64,000 nucleotides of DNA from an uncultured Planctomycetota bacterium. GTDB taxonomy: Bacteria; Planctomycetota; Planctomycetia; Gemmatales; Gemmataceae. The DNA lies in contig CAWKHF010000001.1 in NCBI GenBank assembly GCA_963849325.1, positions 320,001 to 384,000 on the forward strand. The letters run 5' to 3'. The position numbers and the translations under genes were made by a program. This document shows positions 37,285-46,861 of the stretch, piece after piece. The notes under the pieces were generated by a model. That model did not search any database, had not been told where the DNA came from, and was given only the letters and a program-made list of their open reading frames with translations. Positions within the stretch are counted from its first letter, which is position 1. Every line of letters begins with the position of its first letter.

Positions 37285-38460
37285 ATGAAATCGACGAGTA
37301 CACACGACGCGCCGACGGATGCGGGAGAGGCGGGCGAATCGCCGCTGCGGTTCGCCGTGCGGGCCTGGGACCGCTTCTGGTTCCACCCCACCGACCCGAC
37401 CAGCCTGGGGCTGATACGCATCAGCACCGGCATTCTCATCCTGTACATCCACTTCGTCTACAGCCTCGGACTGCTCAACTACGTCGGCCCGAACGCCTGG
37501 GTCTCCAACAAGGGCGTGATCCACTTCTTGCGCTACGAGAACCCCATTCAGGCTCCCGCCACCAACTGGAAGGACTCCGGCTGGAGCGAGTCCGACGGCG
37601 AGATCCTCAAAGGACAGATGTTGTGGTCGATCTACTACCACGTCGAGGATCCGACCTGGGTGTGGGTGATCCACTGCTCGATCCTGTTCGTCATGCTGCT
37701 GTTCACGCTCGGCCTGTGGACGCGCGTTACCAGTGTGCTGACGTGGATCGGGGCGCTCATGTACATCCAGCGCGTGCCGAGCTTGCTGTTCGGCATGGAT
37801 ACGATGAGCAATCTGGCGCTGCTGTACCTGATGATCGCTCCGTGCGGCGCGGCGCTGTCGCTGGACCGCTGGCTGAAGGAGCGCCGCGAACGTCAGCGTC
37901 TCGGGGCGGCGTACGTGCCGCGGCCGCCGGAGCCGATGGTGTCGGCCAACTTCGCCACGCGGCTGATCCAGATCAACTTCTGTCTCATCTACTTCGCGGC
38001 CGGCACTTCCAAGCTGCTGGGCGCGTCGTGGTGGAACGGCACCGCTCCCAACCGCTTCCTGCTCAACTACTCGTTCGCGCCGTTCGAGGTCGGCATGTAC
38101 TCCCAGATGCTCGTATTCATGGCCAAGCACCGCATGCTGTGGGAACTGTTCGGCGCCGTCGGCGTGATCTTCACGCTCTTCATGGAGTTGGGCTTGCCTT
38201 TCCTGATCTGGAACCGCCACATGCGTTGGGTCATGGTGGCCGGCTCGGTCCTGTTCCACACCATGATCGCCCTGCTCATGGGACTGGTGATGTTCAGCCT
38301 CGTCATGTTGTGCCTGGTGCTGGCGTTCGTGCCGCCGGAGGCGGTGCGGCAGGGATTGCAGGCGACCGGCGAACAGATTCGTGCCCTGCTCTCCTCGCGC
38401 ACGGGGAGGAGTGAGGCAAGCAGGGGCGCCGGCCCCCTGATGCGTCCCTCCGAGGGTTAA
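37285..38460 (+). CDS. HTTM-domain membrane protein (SdpB / vitamin K-dependent carboxylase-like)
   Basis: WDRFWF.P, LGLIRI, GLWTR, LSLDRW, IYF.AG.SKL.G..WW.GTA, FH..IA..MGL. Confidence 0.8.
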   Translation: MKSTSTHDAPTDAGEAGESPLRFAVRAWDRFWFHPTDPTSLGLIRISTGILILYIHFVYSLGLLNYVGPNAWVSNKGVIHFLRYENPIQAPATNWKDSGWSESDGEILKGQMLWSIYYHVEDPTWVWVIHCSILFVMLLFTLGLWTRVTSVLTWIGALMYIQRVPSLLFGMDTMSNLALLYLMIAPCGAALSLDRWLKERRERQRLGAAYVPRPPEPMVSANFATRLIQINFCLIYFAAGTSKLLGASWWNGTAPNRFLLNYSFAPFEVGMYSQMLVFMAKHRMLWELFGAVGVIFTLFMELGLPFLIWNRHMRWVMVAGSVLFHTMIALLMGLVMFSLVMLCLVLAFVPPEAVRQGLQATGEQIRALLSSRTGRSEASRGAGPLMRPSEG

Positions 38461-38649
38461 CGCCCCCGCTGGCCGGTTTTCTCTCGTCCCTCTCTTTTGC
38501 CTCAAGCGTCTGGGCAGGTGGGACGATAGAGGAAGAATGGCGGATACCCGGCCGTGCCGGACGGGTGCCGCGCTGGGCATAGACACATTGAAGTGGCGAC
38601 GAGAATCGGGTATGAGGCGCGCGAATCTTACGTTCCGGTGAAGACAATC

Positions 38650-40116
38650 ATGGGCCGAATCATCCCCCGAGGCGCCGAGCCGCGAACGGGCCGCACCCAG
38701 GCGGTCGGGCACGTCCTGTTGACGTGCGCTCTGTTCGCCGCCGCGCCCGCCGGATTGTTCGCCCAGGGGACCGACGCCGTCCGCACCTACTGGGTGCCGA
38801 CGCGCAGCTTCAACATTCCCTTCAGCACCGGCACCGACCCGCGCCTCGTGGACATGCTGCTGCACGTCTCCACCGACAACGGACAGACCTATCGCCATGC
38901 CGCCTCGGCGCGGCCAAGCGATCGGCGCTTTTTCTTCCAGGCCCAAGGCGACGGCTGGCACTTCTTCATCGTGCAGACGCGCGACCGCGACAACGTGCTG
39001 GCGCCGTCCGACCTGCGCGGCGCGGCGCCGAGCATTCGCGTCTGCGTCGATACCCAGAAGCCCGTCATCAACCTGCGCCAGATCCCGTCCCAGGACGGTT
39101 ATCCCATCGCCATCGAGTGGTCGATCCAGGACGCCAACTTTGACGACCTGTATGCCGAGTATCGCTCGGTCAACGGCGGCGATTGGTATCCGCTGTTTCT
39201 GCCGCGAACCGCCAGCGGCAAGCACGAATGGACGCCCGCGGTCTCCGGCGATCTCGAGGTGCGCCTCCAGGCGATCGATCGGGCCAAGAACAAGGCCGCG
39301 CCGCTGACCGTGACGATCAAGCCCGATCCGCGCAAGGCCGCCCTGTCGCCGGTCAGCCAGGCCAGCCCCGGCGACGTCAAGCACGTCAAGAACAAGACCT
39401 TCCAGCTCGACTATCAGCTCGACGAGGGCACGATTGGCCCTTCGGACGTCAAGGGCGTGGAGATCTGGAAGATGCATCCGGGCGGCCCGTGGCAGAAGTG
39501 CCGCGAGACGGGTTCGCCGAAGGGGCCGGCTACCGTGACGGTGGACACCTCGGGGCGCTGGGGCTTCCGGCTGATCCCACGCAGCGGCGTCGGCCTGGCC
39601 GAGCCGGACCCGCGGCCCGGCGAGGCGCCGGACCTGTGGGTCGAGGTGGACGACCGAGCGCCGCAGGTCAAAATCACCAACGTCGTCGTCAGTCCCGGCG
39701 CCGACAGCGGCCGGATGACCGTGACCTGGACCGCCAGCGATCCGTTCCTGGCCCGGCAGGCGATCACCATTTCCTACAGCCCTCTCGAACACGAGGACTG
39801 GAAGGTCCTCGAGAAGTGCGACAACTCCGGCAGCTTCTCGTGCGAGCCGCAGAAAATCGGCCTGCCGTACCAGTTCTTCATCAAGGTCGAGGCGGCGGAC
39901 GAGGCCGGCAACGTCGGCGCGGACCGCTGGCGCGAGCCGATCAAGGTGGATCTCAAGGTGCCGCGCATCAAGCGCATTGAGGTCAAGCCCGGCGAGGCTC
40001 GTGAGCCATCGTCCGCCGCGCCGCAAACGCAGCGGCCCTACTCGCCGTTGGCTGCGCCTCCGACCAAGCCCGCAGGCGCCTTGGGCGGCTTGCCGCCGGA
40101 TGATTGGAGACGGTGA
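38650..40116 (+). CDS. Exported beta-rich (Ig-like repeat) hypothetical protein
   Basis: Hydrophobic signal segment; repeated VD..KP.I and A.D.AGN strand motifs. Confidence 0.65.
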   Translation: MGRIIPRGAEPRTGRTQAVGHVLLTCALFAAAPAGLFAQGTDAVRTYWVPTRSFNIPFSTGTDPRLVDMLLHVSTDNGQTYRHAASARPSDRRFFFQAQGDGWHFFIVQTRDRDNVLAPSDLRGAAPSIRVCVDTQKPVINLRQIPSQDGYPIAIEWSIQDANFDDLYAEYRSVNGGDWYPLFLPRTASGKHEWTPAVSGDLEVRLQAIDRAKNKAAPLTVTIKPDPRKAALSPVSQASPGDVKHVKNKTFQLDYQLDEGTIGPSDVKGVEIWKMHPGGPWQKCRETGSPKGPATVTVDTSGRWGFRLIPRSGVGLAEPDPRPGEAPDLWVEVDDRAPQVKITNVVVSPGADSGRMTVTWTASDPFLARQAITISYSPLEHEDWKVLEKCDNSGSFSCEPQKIGLPYQFFIKVEAADEAGNVGADRWREPIKVDLKVPRIKRIEVKPGEAREPSSAAPQTQRPYSPLAAPPTKPAGALGGLPPDDWRR

Positions 40117-40236
40117 GCGGCCGCGCCCTTTGTCCCCATTTCGCCGCCGCGGCGCGGTTCCACCTTGATTCGCCGGCGCGGGATGGTAGCCTGGAGACTA
40201 CTGGGAATCCCCTGTCTCCGTGGGACGGCGATCATC

Positions 40237-40614
40237 ATGACGGACGAATCGAAACAGAACCAATGCTTCCACATCGAACGGCACGGCGACATCGCCATCA
40301 TCACGCCGTCGCCGGAAGTGGAGAAGATGGCGGAGAACCTCATGGAGCAGGCGGCCCTGATGGTGCTGGCGCCGCTGCGTTCCGATCCGCCGGCCGGACT
40401 CATCTTCGACCTCAGCCGCGTCGATTACGTCGGCTCGGTGTTTCTGTCGTTCCTGCTGCGCTGCCACAAGCGCGTCAAGGAGCACGGCAGCGAGGTCGTG
40501 GTCGCCGGCGCTTCGCACCGCGCCCGCGAGCTGTTGCACATGACCGCGCTGGATACGCTGTGGGCGCTGTACGACACCCGCGCCGAAGCCCTGGCCGCCC
40601 TGACCGGAGATTGA
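40237..40614 (+). CDS. STAS-domain anti-sigma factor antagonist
   Basis: IFDLSRVDYVGS.FL..LLR; LDTLWALYDTRAEAL. Confidence 0.85.
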   Translation: MTDESKQNQCFHIERHGDIAIITPSPEVEKMAENLMEQAALMVLAPLRSDPPAGLIFDLSRVDYVGSVFLSFLLRCHKRVKEHGSEVVVAGASHRARELLHMTALDTLWALYDTRAEALAALTGD

Positions 40615-40622
40615 CTCCCTTC

Positions 40623-40681
40623 GTTTCGCCGCGACGCGCAGTGGAGCGCGCGACAGTCTCCGCTGCGCGTCACGGCGAAAC
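40623..40681. repeat. REP-like palindrome, family B (degenerate)
   Basis: Shortened right arm. Confidence 0.75.
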
Positions 40682-40709
40682 AGCCCTCGCCGAACAGAGT
40701 TAGAAGCTA

Positions 40710-41762
40710 ATGCAGAAACCCCCTCTCGGCCCCGGCCGACCTTCCTTCCACGGCGCCTTTCAGCACATTCACGACGACGCGGCCACGGACGATCGGCAGC
40801 AGATCGGCATCGAACAGTTGGCCCAGCAGATCCGCGAGACGGCCGACAAGCTCATCCGCGACGGCGCCATGCGCGGCGACGTCAAACTGCTGAGCACGGC
40901 GCTGAAGGAGCTGCGCTACGCCCTGAAAATCTTCACGCCCTATCGACATCTGCGCAAGGTGACGGTGTTCGGCTCGGCGCGTCTGCCGTCGAGCAACCCG
41001 GCTTACCTGCAAGCGGTGGAGTTCAGTCAGCGCATGGCCGAGGCCGCCTGGATGGTCATCACCGGCGCGGCCAGCGGCATCATGGAGGCCGGACACGTCG
41101 GCGCCGGCCGCGAAAAGAGCATCGGCGTCAACATCCTGCTGCCCTTCGAGCAGGAGGCCAACCCCATCATTCGCGGCGACCTGAAGCTGATGCACCTGAA
41201 ATACTTCTTCACGCGCAAGCTGCTGTTCGTCAAGGAATCCGACGCCGTCGCTCTCTTCCCCGGCGGCTTCGGCACGCAGGACGAATGCTTCGAGGTGCTG
41301 ACGCTGGTGCAGACGGGCAAAAGCCATCTTTTTCCGATCGTCATGGTGGACGAAGCGGGCGGCGATTACTGGGCGCGCTGGCGCGAGTACATCACCGATG
41401 AGCTGCTGAGCCGCCAACTGATCTCGCCGGCCGACCTGTCGCTGTTCAAAGTCACCGATTCGGTGGACGAGGCGGTGGCGGAGGTGTTCCACTTCTATCG
41501 CGTCTATCACAGCATGCGCTACGTCCACGGCGACCTGGTGCTGCGCTTCCAGCACAAGCTATCCGACGCGCTGCTGGAACGACTGCGCGACGAGTTCGCG
41601 GACATCCTCGTGGCCGGCACCTTCGAGCAGACCGAGGCGCTGCCAGAGGAGGCCAACGACACGCACATCGCCCACCTGCCGCGCCTGCGTTTTCGCTTTG
41701 ATCGCCGCAGTCTGGGACGGCTGCGACAGATGATCGACGCCATCAATCAATCGGCTGATTAG
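40710..41762 (+). CDS. LOG-family (TIGR00730-type) nucleotide phosphoribohydrolase
   Basis: [37 protein letters not shown]. Confidence 0.9.
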   Translation: MQKPPLGPGRPSFHGAFQHIHDDAATDDRQQIGIEQLAQQIRETADKLIRDGAMRGDVKLLSTALKELRYALKIFTPYRHLRKVTVFGSARLPSSNPAYLQAVEFSQRMAEAAWMVITGAASGIMEAGHVGAGREKSIGVNILLPFEQEANPIIRGDLKLMHLKYFFTRKLLFVKESDAVALFPGGFGTQDECFEVLTLVQTGKSHLFPIVMVDEAGGDYWARWREYITDELLSRQLISPADLSLFKVTDSVDEAVAEVFHFYRVYHSMRYVHGDLVLRFQHKLSDALLERLRDEFADILVAGTFEQTEALPEEANDTHIAHLPRLRFRFDRRSLGRLRQMIDAINQSAD

Positions 41763-41879
41763 CAGATTTGGATTGTCGTCCCATCCATTTTCTCCTTGCC
41801 GTTCTTGCCCGGGCGCGGGATCATCGAAGCGTGTCCGGGATGGATGACCCGGTTGACGGCTCGCGCGTCTGGATCTTCG

Positions 41880-42464
41880 ATGAACACGACCTCGCTCAGC
41901 TTGCTCGATCGCCTCAAGCGTGCCCGGCCGGATTCCACGGAATGGCACAAGCTCCAGGACATCTATCTGCCGTTGATCCGCCACTGGTTGTCACGCCTAC
42001 CCGGATTGCACGATGAGATGGAGGATCTGACTCAGGAGGTGCTCGTCGTCCTCTTCCGCGAACTGCCGTCGTTCGAGCATCGTTTCCACGGTGCGTTCCG
42101 CGCCTGGCTGCGCCAGATCGCGGTCAACCGGACGAGAGCCTTTCTCAAGGCCAGGGGAAGGCGTCCCACGGCGGGCGCCGGCGCGGAGACCGACCGGCTC
42201 CTCGCCCAGCTGGAAGATGCCAACAGCGAGTTGGCCCGGCAGTGGGACCGCGACCACGACAAGCACGTCATCGACAAACTGCTCGCCGTCGTCCAGGTGG
42301 ACTTCGAGGCCAATACCTGGCAGGCGTTCACGCGCTTCGCCCTGGACGGCCAGCCGGCCGCGCGCGTGGCCGAGGAATTGGGCATGACGGAAAGCGCCGT
42401 CATCAAGGCCAAGTCCCGAATCCTCAAACGCTTGCGCGAAGAGGCCGGAGCATTGTTGGACTGA
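41880..42464 (+). CDS. ECF sigma factor
   Basis: TTSLSLL, W..L...Y.PLI, EDLTQEV, G.FRAWLRQI, VAEELGM...AV..AKSRIL.RLR. Confidence 0.88.
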   Translation: MNTTSLSLLDRLKRARPDSTEWHKLQDIYLPLIRHWLSRLPGLHDEMEDLTQEVLVVLFRELPSFEHRFHGAFRAWLRQIAVNRTRAFLKARGRRPTAGAGAETDRLLAQLEDANSELARQWDRDHDKHVIDKLLAVVQVDFEANTWQAFTRFALDGQPAARVAEELGMTESAVIKAKSRILKRLREEAGALLD

Positions 42465-42570
42465 GCGCACCTTTTCGCGTCCGGTCGGCTCGACATGCGG
42501 ACTTTCTCTTGGGAGGGCCGCGCGGACAACGCGCCGGCCGCGTCGATTGGTTGCCACGAAGGAGCCTGCG

Positions 42571-45395
42571 ATGGAAGCACGTCCCGTCACGCACCCGTCC
42601 GCCGACGCCCTGCAGGCGTTCGGCCTGGGCCAAATGGACGATGCCGCCGCCTCGGGGATCATGAGCCATCTGGACAGCTGCCCCCAATGCCGCCAGGCGG
42701 TGGCGTCCTTGTCCGGCGACGACTTTCTCCATCGGCTCCGTCAGGCGCGCACTCCGAGCGCCACGCCGGCGCCCGCCAAAGCCCTGTCCCCCTCGGTCGC
42801 CCCCGGCGCCAAGCCGCCCGGCCGGCCGACCACTCTGCACAACTTGCCGCCCGAATTGGCCGAGCATCCGCAGTATGACGTCCTCCGCGAACTGGGACGC
42901 GGCGGCATGGGCGTCGTCTACCTGGCCAAGAACAAGATGATGGACCGCCTGGAAGTACTCAAGGTGGTCAACAAGACGTTGATCGATCGACCCGGCGCCG
43001 TCGAGCGCTTCCTGCGCGAAATCCGCTCGGCGGCCAAGATCAATCACGTCAACGTCGTCACCGCCTACAGCGTCTTGCAACAGGGCGAAGTGCTGGCCTT
43101 CGCCATGGAGTACGTGGAGGGCGAGGATCTCGCCGCGCTGGTGAAATCGCGCGGCCCGCTGCCGATGCCGTACGCTTGCTACTACATCCAGCAAGCGGCC
43201 TTCGGCTTGCAGCACGCTTTCGAGAAGGGCATGGTCCACCGCGACATCAAGCCGCAAAACCTGATCCTGGCCCGCGAGGGCAACAAACACGTCGTCAAGA
43301 TACTCGACTTCGGCCTGGCCAAGGCCACGCGCGAGAAGGCCGACGACACCGGACTGACCGGCGAGGGTCAGATGCTGGGCACGCCCGATTACATCGCTCC
43401 GGAGCAGATGCTGGACGCGGCCAAGGCCGACATCCGCGCCGACATCTACAGCCTGGGCTGTACGTTGTACTATCTGCTGGCCGGTCGTCCGCCCTTCCGC
43501 GGATCGAGTTTGGGGGCGGTGTTGATGGCTCATCAGACGCAGGAGGCCAAGCCGCTGAATTCGCTTCGTGCCGAGGTGCCGGAAGAGTTGACGGCGGTGG
43601 TGCGCAAGATGATGGCCAAGACGCTGGCCCAGCGCTATCAGACGCCGATGGAGGTGGTGCAGGCGCTCCGTCCGTTCGTCAAGCAAGGGCCGCCCGCGGC
43701 GAAGTCGAAGTCGTCGCCGGAGGAGGCGGCCGGGGTGCCGGCCGCGAAGCCGGCGATCCGGAAAGTCGCGCGCGGCGAGCGCTCGATTGCGCCAACAAGG
43801 GCGGATGGACCGGAAGCGCAGCCGGCCGAGGCCTCCTGGGAAGCGCTGACGGAGGGCGGCATCATCTCCGGCGCATCGCGGCGAAGTGCGGCGGCACGCG
43901 GACGCCGGCCGCCGGCGTCGTGGAAGAAATGGTCGATCGGCGGCGGCATCGGCGTCTTTCTTCTCGTGCTGTTGGGCATGTGGGCCAGCGGCGTGTTCCG
44001 AGTGAAGACGGCGAACGGCACGATTGTGCTGGAGAACGTGCCGGCCGACGCTGAGGTGCTGGTGGACGGCGCGACGGTGACGCTCCAGGCCGGCGATGGC
44101 AAGACCGTCACGGTCGCCGTCGCGCGGGGAAAAAGCACCAATTGCAGGTGAAAAAGGAGGGGTTCAAGGTCTTCGGCCAGGAAGTGCAAATCGACGCCGG
44201 CAGCCGTGTACCTATCCGCGTGACTTTGCAGCCGGCGTCCCCGCCGCCCGGAAAGCCGCAGCCTCCGGCCCCCCAGCGCGCGACGGAAGACAAGGGCTTC
44301 GTGTCGCTGTTCAACGGCAAGGACCTGACGGGGTGGAAAGCCCATCCGGAGGCGGCGGGTGACTGGAAGGTGGAGAACGGTATTCTCATTGGCCGCGGCC
44401 CGAAAGTGAGCCACCTCTACAGCCAGCGGGACGACTATGCGGATTTCCATCTTCTGGTGGAGGCGAAGATCAATCAGGGGGGAAACAGCGGCGTCCTTTT
44501 CCACAAGGCATTTACTCCGGACTGGACGCGCGGCTACGAGGCCCAGATTGATAGCAGCAGCCACAAGTTCAAGACCGGCACCCTCTACGTCAAGGCAGCG
44601 CCCGGTGTCGGGATTGAGAAAGTGCTGGTCCCGGTCGATACCTGGTTCACCCAGGAAGTGATCGTCCAGGGGAACCACATTCTCCTCAAGATTGACGGGG
44701 TGACGACGGTGGATTTCGTTGACGCGGACAATACCTGGCCCAGCGGCCACATCGCCCTGCAAGTGTTTGACAAACCGACCGTTGTCCAATTCCGTCGCGT
44801 TGAGATCAAGGAACTGTCGCCTTCCGCTCCGAGCGCGACGGGCTTCGTCCCCTTGTTCAACGGCAAGGATCTGACCGGCTGGAAGACGCATCTCACGCAG
44901 CCGGGCAACTGGCGCGTCGAGAAGGGCGTTCTCCTCGGTTCCGGTCCCGCCGACAGTTATCTCTACACGGATCGCGGTGATTACAAGGACTTTCACTTGC
45001 GCGTCGAAACGCGGATCAACGACGGCGGCAACAGCGGCGTATGCTTCCGTACTCTGTTCGGCCCTTGGTTCCCCGCGGACAATCCGCGGTTTCTTCTCGG
45101 TTACGAGGCCCAGATCAACAGCACGCACACAGACCACTTTAAGACCGGAAGCTTGTATGCGTTACCAGGTGGCGTCCTGGTCAGCAACCGCGAAGCGCCG
45201 ACTCGGCCCGGCGAGTGGTTCACGTTGGAGGTGATCGCGGAGGGAAACCACATCGTCCTCAAGGTGGATGGCAAGACGACGGTGGACTACACGGACGAGA
45301 AGCGGTTGTACAGCAGCGGCCACATCGCCTTGCAGCAGTTTGAACCGCAGACGGTGGCGGAGTTCCGCAAGATCGAGATCGAGGAACGGAAGTAG
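42571..45395 (+). CDS. Ser/Thr protein kinase with N-terminal HxxxCxxC, a TM segment and two DUF1080 (3-keto-disaccharide hydrolase-like) domains; apparent frameshift near 44130
   Basis: LGRGGMGVVY, HRDIKPQN, DFGLAK, GTPDYIAPEQ; two FV.LFNGKDLTGWK...NSGV...GHIALQ...FR repeats. Confidence 0.9.
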
Positions 45396-45514
45396 GCGAC
45401 GCCTTGGCGGTACGAACGGACACAGACCCGAGGAGTCTTCGGTGTCCACCGACTACGACAGCTCGTGGGCGGCGGTTATGGGCGACGGGAGCCTCGTGAA
45501 TCCGTTCGGCGCGC

Positions 45515-45551
45515 AAAAATATATCCGGCGCTCCCTTGCGGGAGCGCCGGA
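45515..45551 (-). terminator. Intrinsic terminator downstream of the riboswitch aptamer
   Basis: TCCGGCGCTCCC-GCAA-GGGAGCGCCGGA followed by TATATTTTT on the minus strand. Confidence 0.7.
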
Positions 45552-45584
45552 CGACCAGACATACTTACGGGTCCCGTCCATCCC

Positions 45585-45680
45585 TTCGGTAGCCTGGCAG
45601 CCTTAAACCGTCCCCCCTCGGACGGTGTAAGAGCCCATAGCTTTGCGTCCCCGCCTCACGACGGGTTTGCCTTTATCGAG
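45585..45680 (-). ncRNA. c-di-GMP-I (GEMM) riboswitch aptamer
   Basis: Minus strand reads TCGATAAAGGCAAACCCGTC-GTGA-GGCGGGGACGCAAAGCTATGGGCT...GCCAGGCTACCGAA; matches GEMM-I hallmarks (GGCAAAC, GNRA loop, GACGCAAAG, closing CCGA). Confidence 0.85.
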
Positions 45681-45752
45681 GACGGCCTAGGTGTCGCCGC
45701 CACTCTTTTCCTTGCGGCCGGTCGATTCGTTACATCAACCGGCCACACCCCA

Positions 45753-45781
45753 ACTGTAGAACGCTTTTTCCGATTGTGCAA
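45753..45781 (-). promoter_or_regulatory. Putative sigma70 promoter driving the riboswitch transcript
   Basis: TTGCAC-17 nt-TACAGT on the minus strand. Confidence 0.55.
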
Positions 45782-45989
45782 GCGAGGATGGATTTTTTTT
45801 GCCCACCGAGTTTGTCGATCACAATACGGATCCTGTAGGAGGAACGCCTCGGCCGGCTCCGGCACGAGGGCCGAAGCCGATTTCGATGCGGATCGGGAAA
45901 TCCTCTCGCTTTCGCCGTTGCGTTCCGTCTTGTGTCTGGGCGTTTGCCGGGCTAAGGTGGCCATTGGCCCGTTTGCCTGGAGAAGTACC

Positions 45990-46298
45990 ATGACGGCGTC
46001 TGCCTCCTACAAATACCTCGAGCCGAAAAAGAACTCCAACTATCGTCAGTTGTTTGTCTTGGGCCGTATTCGCGCCGAGGTGCTTTACCGCGAAACCATC
46101 GGCCGAGAGCCGCTCACCCCCGAGGAAGTCGCCCGCGAATACGGCCTGCCGGTCGAGGCCGTTCAGGAGGCGATTGACTACGGCACTCGGCACGCCAACC
46201 TCCTGGATGAAGAACGCGCCCGCGAAGAAGCGTGGATTCGAGCCAGCGGACACGACCGCTGGCCTTACGCCCCGCGCAACCATCCGCCGCAACCATGA
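45990..46298 (+). CDS. DUF433-like putative antitoxin
   Basis: YRQLF..GRIRAE, TPEEVAREYGLPVEAVQEAIDY. Confidence 0.7.
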   Translation: MTASASYKYLEPKKNSNYRQLFVLGRIRAEVLYRETIGREPLTPEEVAREYGLPVEAVQEAIDYGTRHANLLDEERAREEAWIRASGHDRWPYAPRNHPPQP

Positions 46299-46657
46299 AG
46301 CTCTATCTCGATGACGATGCGGCCAAGAAATCTCTGGCCGCTCGGCTCGGCAAGGCAGGGCATACGGTGGTTCAACCGGCGGACGCGGCCCTCTCGGGAG
46401 CATGGGATCCACGCCATCTGCTTCACGCGGTCCAACACGATTTGCTTCTGCTGACAAAGAACCACGATGATTTCCGCGATCTGCATTTGCTTGTCCAGGC
46501 CGTCGGAGGCCGGCATGCGGGTATCCTGGTTGTCCGCTCCGATAACGATCCGGTTCGGGATATGAAAGATGGCGATATCGTGCGGGCACTCCAGAACCTG
46601 GAACAGTCCCATGTCCCCCTGACCAACGAATTTCACATCCTGAACCATTGGCGTTAG
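46295..46657 (+). CDS. DUF5615 PIN-like putative toxin
   Basis: MKLYLDDD, GHTV, D..HL..A, LLTKNHDDF, HAGIL; ATGA overlap with the upstream gene. Confidence 0.8.
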   Translation: MKLYLDDDAAKKSLAARLGKAGHTVVQPADAALSGAWDPRHLLHAVQHDLLLLTKNHDDFRDLHLLVQAVGGRHAGILVVRSDNDPVRDMKDGDIVRALQNLEQSHVPLTNEFHILNHWR

Positions 46658-46704
46658 CCGGATTGGCTCATCGCCAAGAACACGCTTAGAAGCGGTAACT
46701 TTTT

Positions 46705-46770
46705 GGCGAGCGGGGGGCGTAAGCCCCCTGTTTTTCGCCGTCAACAGGGGGCTTACGCCCCCCGCTCGCC
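46705..46770. repeat. REP-like palindrome (GGCGAGCGGGGGGCGTAAGCCCCCTG)
   Basis: Perfect long inverted repeat; each arm is itself a hairpin. Confidence 0.8.
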
Positions 46771-46861
46771 TATTTGGGTAGTGCCTCTTACGGAAAAGCC
46801 CCGAGGGCGTGACATCCGGCGGATGCCACGCCCTCGATTGTCCCGATGCCGCCCAACGCGC

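Noticed and set aside
37249-40026. 925-aa minus-strand ORF
   Set aside because: Antisense shadow of two well-supported plus-strand genes; typical of high-GC codon bias, with no recognisable motifs
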